A program made the position numbers and the translations under genes. From Macrostomum lignano (taxonomy: Eukaryota): DNA of 64,000 nucleotides. Shown piece by piece: positions 1 through 11,449 of this stretch. The notes under the pieces were generated by a model. It ran no database searches. It was not told the origin of the DNA and saw only the letters and a program-made list of their open reading frames with translations. Location of the stretch: positions 248,001-312,000 of the forward strand of contig NIVC01000946.1 of the NCBI GenBank assembly GCA_002269645.1, read 5' to 3'. Position 1 is the first letter of the stretch. Each line of letters starts with the position of its first letter.

Positions 1-3000
1 GATCTGTTAGTAAAATTAGAGCTGGAGTTGAATTGCACAAAGACAGACGTTATCTCAGGTATCTGGTGGATTGACACCTATCCGGAGCTGAGGCCCCTCG
101 GACTGGCCCTGCCAGATTCTGTGGAGATGCGCCTGCAAAAGCGCAGTCTGCCTTATGGCCTGTACAGAGTCAGTCTCAACCTGAGCATGGTCGCTGTGCA
201 ACCCGCCGTATCCGTGCAGCGTCAATTCTTTCTACGCATCGTTCCAACGCCAGTTCAGGTGGAACAGATTGGCGCACCAGCTCAAGTTGAATACGACCAG
301 TTGGTGACGCTGACAGCGTCGCAGTATACCCACGATTACGACGTTGAGCCTGGCAACCTGACCGGCTTTCATTTTGTTTGGATGTGCCTGCAGCTGAGCG
401 AGAACTCCAGCGCACCGTTTAATTTGACTAACTTTGTGTCGCCTCCTGCTAGCCAGGGTGTCAATAATTATAGAGGCTGCTATGGCAACGGATACGGTAT
501 AGTGCTACAAGGTGACAGTGAGACAGCTGGAAATCTCACACTGAGTACCTACCACACCATGCCAAATGCAACATACCTGTTTAGACTGTTTGTTTATAAA
601 GGATCGCGTTGGGACCTCAAAGAGATGGTTCTGTACGTTCGAACTCAGAAGGCTCCCGTGTTTGATATTAGGTAAAGGCATTTTTCGTTCTTTTCAAGCA
701 TTTTTTAAATTGCATTTGACATTAAACTAACCATAAACCATGCCAAATGGCTCTCTCTAGTTGCGTTTCCAACTGCAACAGAAAGATCAGCTCAGAAGTT
801 GATCTAGTCTACCAAGTTGATTGTCGACAATATTGCGGGCAAAAGTTCCAACCGCTGCAGTACTTGTGGCAGATGTACCAAGCAAATGTATCGGTACTTC
901 GCATGGATGATCTGTCAGTCGTCAGCGGGAGCGGTAAGCTGGAGCACTTTCCCGGCACCTATCTGACTTTTTTCTGATTCTAAACACTCAAACGTAAGCC
1001 CAGATGCCCATAATATCCACCACTTTAGAAGGCTTCAGATCCGCCAGCTTCACTCGCAGAGCCAATACTCTGCCAAAGGCGAGCTACTATATTCTGAAGG
1101 TGACGTGCAGCAACTTCAGGCAGGAGGGTCCGGTTACACGTGAGCAAAGACTAATCGTGAACAGCCCGCCCTACGGAGGCAAGTGCGATGTAGCGCCACG
1201 CAACGGCACTGCCATGTCAACGAAGTTCCAAATAAGCTGCTGGGACTGGAAGGAGTTCGACATCGAGCTGGGCGGGATTCGCTACGAGTTTAAAATCCGC
1301 GAGCCTGGCAGCCGGCGAAAAATCCCGCTATTCTTTGGCAAAGTCTCCACTTCGCCGCGCATATTTTTCCCGCTAGGCAGCCCCAGCGCCAACTTACCGC
1401 TCTTGTGTCTGCGCTACTCATTGACTCGCTGGGTGACTCACAGAAATACGAGTTTCCTGTCACGGTACGTCTTAGAAGAATTTCAGAGAGTTTCAGTTTC
1501 CTTGCCACCCGCTGTACACAGACTGTTGCACCCTTTCTAGGTTTTACCCCCGCCAGTTTCTGTGGAAGTTCTCTCTGACAACATCTCTGACATTCTGACT
1601 GGCAGAAGCGAAGAGCTCACGAAATATTTCCAACTTAACGACCAACAAGGAGCCGCGTCGACAATGCTGTGCCTGGTGTCGCTAATGAACGTTGATTCCA
1701 AATACTTTCTAGGCGAGAATGCCACGGCCGAGGATGCCCAGTCAGCGATCAAGCGTATGACAGAAGTAAGACATACGAGTAGAAAGTATTGATCCTTTAA
1801 CAGGTTTTTCCCTAGCTGAATCTGTGCGCCAGTCTGTCCCTAGTCTGTGCCCTAGACGGCTGGCAGAGCGTCTTGCATGCTGCATGCAGATTAGCACAAA
1901 AAATAACTCAGCAATGTCAAAGTTCGGGCGAGAACGGCATGTACTTAGGAAGATACTCTAGGCATCTTAGCTTTCATAGGATGCGCGCACATTTGTAACA
2001 AATTTTCAATACTCAGTGACCTAAAACGTGGTGGATAATTCAACGGCATCAAGTAAGGCATCAACGAAGATGGACTAGTCTTGATCGAGGGAAAAATGAA
2101 AATTCGGGACCAGAAACACGATGAAGAAAGATTTCTATTTTTTTAAATTTAGCTTCAAAGGTGTGGGATGCAAAGTCAGCCAGTGCCACTGACCGGGTCG
2201 GCCTTCATAGGTCAGCTATTAGTCGAAATATTCGAGCGTAGAAAATAAATTTACTGAACGAATTCTATAGGTCATGACAGTTCCGTGGAATATTTCAATG
2301 AAAAAAGAAAAAAATTGTTTTAGTTGCGGTCCACTTTCGTCAGCATATTGTCGAATTTCACAGTTGAAAACGATACAAACAGCTTGGAGCAGACAACTGA
2401 GCTAATGAGGACTTCAGTGCTGAGACCGGATCAGCTGGAGTTAAATGCTCAGGTGAGTTGATTGTTAAAAGATTGAGCTGACTATTAAAAGTGGCACTGT
2501 AATGTCAAAAGTCTAATATATTTTCAGGAAACTGCTGGTGACAATTACGTATACATGACAGAGAACCTTGTGATGTTGAAAAATCAACTGTCAGACAATG
2601 ATCTTTCCTTGCTTGGACAAGGTAAAATCGATGCATTTATTATATTTATTCGCTCACCTTTCATACAGTCATATTGCTGCACAATTTCAGATTTTGTCTA
2701 CACTGGGTCAAATATTTGGAAGGCGGCAAACTTAACAGCCCAAGAAGAGAATTCTAGGCTGCCCTGCCAATCAGAAAATGGGTCGCTGAGTAGCGAGTGC
2801 TCAATAAATTCTGCTCTGAATGGTTCCTATCAACTGTCTGCGGCTCAACAGACTCTTAAGAAGCTGATGGACAAGGTTTTGAACAATATCAATGAAACTA
2901 CGGACCTACTGCTTGAGCGCATGGGAAACTACAGCATAGCTGACAGCGAAGTGCACGCCGTAGGCACCCAGAAACCCCTAACAGGTGGAGAGGTCCTACA

Positions 3001-6000
3001 GTCGAGCTTCGGTTCAATCACGCTAGACGCCAACACCACCATCCGTTGGTGCCGAACAAAGACTGTCTTCAGCCGCATGAACCCGTACGCCTGGTCGGCA
3101 ACAGCCGGCCAAGTGAAATCCAGCGTCCTACAGTTGCACGCCAGTGAGTGCAAGTCGACGGCGCGACGTAGAAGGCGTGCCGCTCCTGAGCAGCAGTACT
3201 TCACCGTGCAGCTGGACGCCGCTGCACCTCAGTATGTGTCGGTGAATGCTACGCCAGTTAACCGCTGGTTAATATTCTCGCACAGCTTCAATGTAACAAG
3301 TGCTGAAGTTTTGATTCAAATTGTAATTGAGCCAGTCATTCCTGATCACAAGTTCGACGTCTATCTGCAGTCTGGAGTCGAAGCGACGCCGGAAGGCTTT
3401 TTACTGCATTTTGTTCTGTCTGGCAATGACTCGGTATTCACGTTGCCAAGAGGCTTTCTGAATGATACGGAAACAAACTATGTGTCTGTGCGCAGATTCA
3501 ACTGCCTCCGAGGATCCTGCGCTGAGCCTGAATTGGCATATCGCTACGCCATTGTTCAGCACGCCTGTCAGCTGTGGGACGCCTCTGCTAGCGCCTGGCG
3601 GGCACCAACGACCGAAGCCAGCTGTCTGGCAAGTTCCGAAGGCAGCCAGCCGGACCAGCCAGTCTTCCGCACCAATCTGCTTGGTGGCATCGGAGCCGGC
3701 ATCCAGCTGACGCCGAACCTCATTGACTTTGGCCGACTGTTTGAGAATTGGCAGGGCAAACTAGCAGATAGTGCGGCTGTGGTAGCTACCGTGGCAGTGC
3801 TCTGGTGCCTGTTCATCCCTCTGGCTGCGATTCTTCGTCACGTCGACGGTAGAGACAAAGCAACTGTAAGTACTTTGTAATTTATTGTGAAGTTTATCAT
3901 TTACTGACTGTCTTTTTACAGTGGTGGGCTAATAAATAACAAAGTGCCTATGATTTCTAGATCCGTGTTCTGTTAAAATCTAATTATGACAGCAGCTTTT
4001 CTACTAAGGCTATTCAATTCCTTTTTAGTTCGCATATCTGCCGCTGGCTGATGACAAGCAGAAGACATTCGAGTACAAACTTGACGTGTACACCGGAGCT
4101 GATAAAGACAGCGGTACGGATGCGGCAATTCATTTCTCACTGACGGGAACAAATGGAATGGTTGCTAACAGGATCTTGCATGACAACTGCCGCGTTGTAA
4201 GTCGCCTTTTCAATAAATTCTTATTAAGTCTGGTAGAAGCACTATTTCTAAAATCGAGACATTGCATCTTAAACAAAACACTTCAGAACTTTCGACCCAA
4301 AGCTATCGATCACTTTACCATGACAACGGAGGTTAATTTGGGCGACTTGAGGCAGCTAACAATTTGGATCAGCAGCACCAGCCAGTTGGACTCTTGGCTC
4401 ATGTCAAGAATAGTTATCACTGACTGTCAGAAAAATACTCGGTAAGAAAAACCTAGTTGATAAGTTTTAGTATATGGGATAGGTTGAGTTTAATGCCCTA
4501 TGATGCTCATTTTCCCTACCAACACAGGTATTTTTTCATTCTAAACGACTGGGTGAAGCCACACAGCGACCAACTGGTTCATCTCGCCACCAGGGAGAAT
4601 TTGTCGTATTGCCCTGGCCTGTTGCGCAACAATCTGAGCCGAAAGCTGACCGACGATCACATCTGGATGTCGGTGCTGCGCCGCAAGACTGACACCAATT
4701 TCTCGAGAATTGAACGTCTGGGCGTCTGTTTCAGCGTGCTGTTCCTCACAATGATCGCCAACGCGATGTGGTACGGCGTTGGGGACGGCGGCTCAAACGC
4801 CCAACAGATGGTCCACATCGGGCCAGTGAAGTTCTCCGTGAACGCTCTGCTAACATCCATACTTGGTGCCTTGTGCGTTGTTCCAGTCTCCGCTCTGATC
4901 GCCTTACTCTTCATGAAGTCCGCGCCTTGGCGTCGGAAAGAGGTCGCGAAAGTCTCAGCCAGTGATTTTTCTTCAAGAACGATCCATCGATACTCCACTG
5001 TATCAGCAAAGACCACACAGCAGTCGGTCAGCAACAAATCGAAGCAAATTGTCCTACCGTTCTGGTGCAACATAGTTGCCTGGTTCCTAGTGCTGGCCAG
5101 TGTACTAGTTTCTGGCCTATTCTTAGTGTTCTACGCCATGGACTGGGGCCGAGACAAGTCTCAAGAGTGGCTGGCGGCTTTCTTTCTGTCAACGTTTCAG
5201 TCTGTACTTATCATTCAACCACTAAAGGTAGGCATGCGATTGACATACTCGTATTTGTCTATGTTTAGGCATGACTCATGTCCACTCACCGATGCCTCGT
5301 GTCCACTCAGCGATGCCTTGTGTCCACTCACGATGCCTCGTGTCCACTCAGCGATGCCTTGTGTCCACTCACCGATGCCTCCTGTTCACTCACCGATGCC
5401 TCGTGTCAACTCAACGATCCCTCGGGTCCGCTCACCGATGCCTCCTGTCCACTGTCTGACGTCTTACTATCCACCTACCGATGCAAAAAACAAAGGGAAT
5501 ACTTAATATTTCGATTGCTACACAGTATCTAAACATGTTTGTAGTCAAAACTGAATATGTTTGCTTCCTAGTCCTACGACAAGCAGGTGTTGATTTAAAA
5601 GTGTTATCATCTGTTATAGTTTTTCGATTCGTATCATTAACTAGTGCTGCATACTCACACGAGAAACCTAATATAGTTTATTAAAGTATTCCAAAAGCAT
5701 GTGCCCTTCTTATTTACATTATCCAGGTACTCGCTATTGGGCTGGTGATTTCAGTAATAATGCGCAAGGACTACGACGCGATGAAGATGGACTTGGTGCG
5801 AGTAAGGTACCATAGCAACGCTAGAAAGAGAGGTATTGCCTTCAGTGATTCGCTTGATTTCTGGTTATTGTAAAGATTTTAACACAGTTCACTTTGCTTA
5901 ACTGTTTCAGAGGTCTTCAAATACCTGCATGAACTCGAGGAAGAAGAAAAGAACGACGAACTGCTGAAAAAAGCCAGGAAGACTACGGTGGACCTGATAT

Positions 6001-7613
6001 TGAGCCTTATCCTGCTGGTCCTCCTGTACTGCATCTGCTACGGAAACTTGGATCCTGTCACCTACAATCTGCATAAAAGCATTAAAATACATCTCGGAGT
6101 GGACAAACTGAGCATGGTCAGCACGTTTGATAAGTACTACGAGTACCTGCGGACAACACTCATAACGGCACTGTACTCCAGCGACCTACCCCAGTTGGTA
6201 AATAATCTTAGTCAGTCGCAAGAATCGAGTTTCATCAGTGACCTCGCCGGTTATCGCTTAAGTCGCGTCACTGTGCGCCAGCTGCGCATCCGGCCAGTGG
6301 ACGTGCACCGTCTGGCACCCCCTGGCGGTGTCCATTTCAGCGAGGAAGTTCGCGACACCGGCTGTTACAGGCCCGGATGGCGAGAGCTGCGAGTCTGCAA
6401 CTACTCAGAGACTCAGTCAGCTTTGGAGCTGGCATTCGTGGACTTGCCAGCAAAGCTTACCGACAGTATCGACTATTGGGGCCGCTTGAAGTTATACAGC
6501 GGCGGCGGATTCACCGCTGTGCTACCGAACGGAGCCAATCGAACAATGGAGCTTCTGACTGAGTTGCAGCGATTTAATTGGCTGGATAACTACACCAGAC
6601 TGGCGATTGTTGAGATGGACCTGTTCTATCCCAGTGTAAATTTGTTCACCAGCGTACTTCTCAGTCTGGAACTGCAACCTTTCGGCGGCAGCTTAAGCAA
6701 CAGTGAGCTGTACAGTACCCGCTTGTACCGTTACATTGGAGCCGCTGGACTGTTCGCCCTGGTCTCGGAGATCCTCACCGCCCTGCTGTGTCTGATTATG
6801 ATTTCTCGCGTTGTGCTGAGCATCAAGGAGCAAGGCCGTGCGTACTTCAGCAGCGCCTGGGCCTGGCTTGGCCTAGCCATGCACGCCTGTCTCGTATCGT
6901 GCGCCGTTTGCTACGGTTTGCGAACGGGCGCCACAATTGCCTCGCTAAACCAGCTGCGCAACGCTAAACTTCTGTCTACTAATCTGCGATATGTCATGTT
7001 GGTCAATCAGCAGTTTTTCTACTTCCTAGGTGCAGCCACCTTCCTACTGCAGGTGTCATTTATTAATATTGTTAGGTTCAGTCGAGGGCTACACCATTTG
7101 CAAGGCACAGTAAAGAAGTCGCTCGCCGAGCTGACGTCATTCATTCCGGTCTTTTTGATTGTGTTTTTTGCATTCACTCTGCTGCATCATCTGCTGCTTG
7201 GATGCCTTGAAGAGCCCTATAGGTCTGTGCTGGACTCGATTATAACAAACTTCTCAGCCATGCTGGGAAAATTTGACATGCAGTACGTGAGTCGCAACGG
7301 CCTGCTAGCAAAGTTGGCATTCCTGCTCTATGTCTCCTTCATCATGTACATCGTGTTGAATGCCTTCATTGCTATTATCAACGAATCATACGAGACGGTG
7401 CGCGAAGAGGCCGAGACAAGCCCCAGCGAGGAGGACTTCCAGTTGCTGGACCAGATTCTGGCCAACTTGCGCAGCCTGATGACCTGGAAAAGGAGTAGAG
7501 GAGAGGAGTACCTGGAAAAGGAGGAGTACGAAGGTGAGAAAGTTGCCTGGGCTATAAAAATATCGGTCAAATTTAGTGCTCATATGCATGCAGGATGGGA
7601 TATCGAACATTAA
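1..7613 (+). CDS. Polycystin-1-like (PKD1L/REJ-type) multi-exon gene, 5' part outside window: REJ - GAIN/GPS - TM1 - PLAT/LH2 - TMs - polycystin cation-channel domain
   Basis: Consecutive ORFs join through GT-AG introns read by eye (672-760, 934-1028, ~1464-1540, 2622-2690, and introns starting ~3867 and ~5228). Motifs: REJ-type 'ISCVSNC', 'VNSPPYGGKCDVAPRNGTAMSTKFQISCWDW'; 'PNLIDF' before TM1; PLAT 'YKLDVYTGADKDSGTDAAIHFSLTG'; 'DDHIWMSV...FSRIERLGVCFSVLFLTMIANAMWY'; TOP/channel 'YSGGGF', 'WLDNYTRLAIVE', 'YIVLNAFIAIINESY'. One apparent 1-nt deletion near 1395. Exons between ~1770 and ~2320 were not resolved. Confidence 0.92.
5279..5480. repeat. Intronic 21-bp minisatellite (TGTCCACTCACCGATGCCTCG), ~9 copies
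   Basis: TCCACTCA recurs at 5281, 5302, 5323...; the array lies inside the PKD1L intron that starts ~5228. Confidence 0.9.
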
Positions 7614-9817
7614 GTCAATACAGATCGAATCATCGTTAATACGGGGGCTGAGCAGCTCAGCGGTGAAGGCGTCTGACACCTCGAGCCACGAACCCTGGTT
7701 CGACTCTGTGCGACATTCATTTGAGACTTGTGCACCAAACAGTGGCCGGGGGGTCTCGTGCGATTCACAACCATGAGGTCCAGCCCCCGAGGCACATAGA
7801 GTGTATATATATAGGAAAATTTTAATCACACAAACAGAAAAAACCTTCTGAAACCATGTACATGTACGCATGGCTTTGACTATATTTATTGCCAAAACTG
7901 AGTGCTTTCAAAAAATGCTCGTTTCTGCATGCATCTGGTTTAAAGATACTCTGGATTGACCATCGGGATCCTCGGCACGACGGGAAAAGTTACTTTAGTT
8001 TAAACAGTTGCCGAGGGAAAGTTAGGCCATTCTTTTGTTGTTGATTATAAGAGTCTGAATACTGATTCACTGATCATCTGCTCGTTTCAGAGTGGCTTCG
8101 CGCTGCGGAAAACATGGAGGTTCGACTGCAAAGGCTCGTTCGGGAGTGCTGCGACAATAGTTGAAGCAGATTGACGGACTCGAACCAGTTGACTGGGCTG
8201 GGACAATGTTTTCTTGATCTTTATCCATGTTCTTGGTTGCGGGCCGTCACCCTGCTCGCCTGAGGCCGTTTCATATAGCTAGAGTCGCTACCTTCATCTT
8301 CCAAGCTCATATTGTTGCTGATTTGTAGGTTAGAGAGCGCTGGTAAGCCTTTAGGAGACATGAGAGGAACTAAGTTAATGCTACTGGTACAAAGATTATG
8401 TCTTTTCTTACCAGTCAAACTTTTGGACTAAAGACTAGGGGCAGCAGTTGTCTTGAATGTAGGGTTCTGCCACTATGGATTAAGTCAACTGCTCCCAAGC
8501 TTAAACTGACTGCAAAAAGCAGCAGTATTGGTGTGCTTTAATGGTTTAAATAGTAATGCACTGGTTAGATTTTACCCACAAAATCACTATCCACAGATAG
8601 CACGCCACGCGTACCATGTAGTTTCAATCTCTTTCCCAATACCGCAGAGCAGTGTATCAACTAGCTTGTAACAGGTCAAGAGATTCCCATAGACTACTGA
8701 CTGCATAGCTTACTTGACTATTGAGTTCCAACAATTCATTCTGAACTTGTCTATGGTAAAACCAGGATAACAAAAACTAGCGGTCCAATTTTAATGTACA
8801 ATTTTATCCAACTGATGCGAGACTCATCGTGACTAACAAAATTGACGAGAGGCCGCGATTGCAGTTATGGACTGTGTTCCCAGCTGTTTTGACCAGACAG
8901 CGACTTCGACAGCGAATATGTGAGCTTCAATGAAGAATTACTAGATGAGGAAGATAGAGAAATGCCGAAGTACCTGTAGCTGAGTATGGAGTCGAGTTCG
9001 CCAACAAGAATGAATGGACAGAGCTGCTGTCAAGATGGTGCAGGCGTAGCCACCAACAGTGATTGTACAAGTGCGTAAAGTTGCGAATCCAGAATTGGCA
9101 GAATGGGTCCGGTTTACTCTAATTAATGAGCCCTATTTATGAGTATAATTTGTCAAAGCCGCAAAAGCCATGCACTTGCACTCATTGAAAATAACACTGT
9201 TCAATTGCCTGAAAGCAAAAATTGTAAGCATAAATTAAGATTTTTGAGAACATTCCAAAACAAAATAACACACACAAGAAATATCCTGGATTCGGAATTA
9301 TTATCGAAAATATATACGTAGTTTACATGTTATCTAGTTTGTATCTTGCCTCCAAAAATGCACAATATACTAAAACTATATGGTCTATCTTTCTGTACCG
9401 GTAGACTTTTTCAAAATGTTAATTGCATTGAAACTGTAGCAGATATTTTCCGTTTTCCTGGGTATAATCAATTGTAAAACAATTGTTAGAGTTGCGTTGG
9501 TCGACTAAATACTTCAATATCTATTCGATTTTTTTCGATTCTGTTTGAAATAAGTTTAAATTTAGATGATTAGAATTTTTCCTGCGAATTTTTTCTTTTA
9601 TATCTTTTACGTAACGAAGCTTTCTGCCTTGTGCGCTATTTTATGCACTTCTAACAGTATGATCAAGAATCTTTTATTATTGATGATAAAATAAAGCTGT
9701 GTTCTTTTGAAAAGCAAATCGGCCTAACTTCTAATTTATTTAACTATTATACACTATCCGTCACATTTTAAACAATTGCGTGTACTGCATGCAATCGTTA
9801 CTCTCTGAATAAGGTGT

Positions 9818-11005
9818 GTTAGACACGCCGGGGGTGCCGCTGTACATATCGCTGTACTTTGGCGGGGGGTTGAGGTGTGGGGATGTTGGCCGCGCCGGCC
9901 AGCTTAAAGCCTCCGCACCCGGCCCGGCTTGTCTCCGCCGCCATTTCTTAATTTCTCAAGGCGCAGCCGCAGTCATCTGGGATGCCGAGAGTTTCTGGAG
10001 TGTCATCGACTGGGAGCTGGACTGCGGTGGTGTGTTCAAGGATGTTCATATCAACTTCAAGGAGGCTCTGGCACCTTTGCTGATCATCCTGCACCGTCGC
10101 TCTCAGCTGAAAAATTGTAAAATTGTCATCTACACCGACAGCACCGCAGCAGCTGGCATGATCAATCGGCTGAGCTGTCGTGACCCGCGGTTCCTGCAGG
10201 TGTACCAGACTGTGGCTCTGCTGTGCATCAGGAACAGCATCAGTTTGGAGGCCTTTCACCTTCCTGGTCGCACGCAGATTTTTTCTGATGCCGCCTCCCG
10301 CATGTTTGCCTCGCAGTCTGAGCTCATTAACTTTTGCTGCCGCTACTACCGTACGCTCGTGATCTGCCCGCTTGAGTTCGCGTCGCACGCGCTCTCTGCC
10401 GCTTCCCAATCTCGCCTCCTTTTGCAGGTCGCCCTCGCCCTCCGGAGACGCCGCCCGCCCCCCGCGCTGTGTCCGCCGGACACCTGTGCCGCCTCGGCCT
10501 GGCGGAGAACTCCTGGCGATCCTACCTCAGCCAGCTGCGCTCCTGGGAAGCCTTCTGTGTTAGCGCAGGCCGCCCCTCATCTCCAGCTGACGGTGACCTG
10601 CTCTGCCGCTACATCGCGCACCTGGTGAGCACCCGGCTCCGGTCCTTCTCCAGCCTCCGATCCTACGTCCACGCCGTCTCTTTTCTGCACCAAGCCACCG
10701 GCGCCCCCGACCCAGCGAAAGACTTCACCGTGTAGCTGGCCCTCCGCGGCGCCAAACGTCATCTGGGCCTGCGATGCAAACAGGCGAAGCTGCTGACCAT
10801 CGAGCACCTCAAGAGCATCCATCAGCAGCTCCCGCGCTCCATCTCAAGCGCAGATCTCCGGGCCACCTTCTGGGCGGCTCTTCTGGTGGGCTGGTGGGGC
10901 ATGTTGCGCCTTGGCGACTTCCTATCGACCCGCGGCAGCCGCTCTGTCTCACGGGCCGACACGGGACGACACGTTGCCTACGTACACGAGGCCAGCAAAA
11001 CGACA
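9818..11005 (+). mobile_element. Degenerate DIRS/Ngaro-type tyrosine-recombinase retrotransposon fragment (RNase H + overlapping YR ORF)
   Basis: RNase H-like 'VIYTDSTAAAGMINRLSCRDPRFLQ...LEAFHLPGRTQIFSDAASR'. The overlapping frame gives a YR N-terminal domain 'LAENSWRSYLSQLRSWEAFC...LRSYVHAVSFLHQ', an in-frame TAG (10733-10735), then 'WAALLVGWWGMLRLGD' and 'EASKT'. Truncated before the catalytic HxxR/Y motifs. Confidence 0.85.
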
Positions 11006-11158
11006 GCACATGCACGTACTTGCATGCACACGTTACTGGAGCTGTGGAGCAACGTTAGCCACCATGTTTGCCACGAGATTGAATACATACTTTTGATAAA
11101 AATAGTATAAAAACACTGCTCCGGCCGCTGGCGCGTCCGCTGATTCGGTGGAGTAACG

Positions 11159-11449
11159 GGTAATGGCTATACTAGAGTTCCGGCACCGGAACCTGTTTTC
11201 TAATGGCTATGGATCCGGCAGTCTTCTGCAGGCAGTTATCTACTGAAGTCTTTGAACATTAGAAGTATCTTGTTTTGAATCTCATCGTTTCGTTTTGATC
11301 TTATCTTGAACTAATCTCAATATCAACCACCCGTTAAAAAGTAAAATGTTTCTGCTATATTATACCCATAAATTGCACTACTGGAATACCACTGCCGGAT
11401 CCATTGCCGTTAGAAAATGGGTTCCGGTGCCGGAACTCTAGCCATTGCC
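11159..11449. mobile_element. Merlin-like MITE (291 bp) with GG...CC termini and 9-bp TSD
   Basis: Direct repeat GGAGTAACG at 11150-11158 and 11450-11458. ~60-bp imperfect TIRs: GGTAATGGCTA..CTAGAGTTCCGGCACCGGAACC versus GGTTCCGGTGCCGGAACTCTAGCCATTGCC. GG termini with an 8-9 bp TSD fit Merlin; MULE is not excluded. Confidence 0.8.

Noticed and set aside
1390-1400. Frameshift in a PKD1L REJ exon (AACTTACC; adding one T gives N-F-T-A-L-V...IDSLGDSQKYEFPV)
   Set aside because: A single-base loss in a short T run with otherwise intact exons is most simply a consensus error. It is not enough to call a pseudogene; raw reads or cDNA would decide.
7900-9120. Moderately GC-rich stretches that might be decayed retroelement or transposase sequence
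   Set aside because: By-eye translation gave many stops and no recognisable motif. It needs a RepeatMasker or tBLASTx search.
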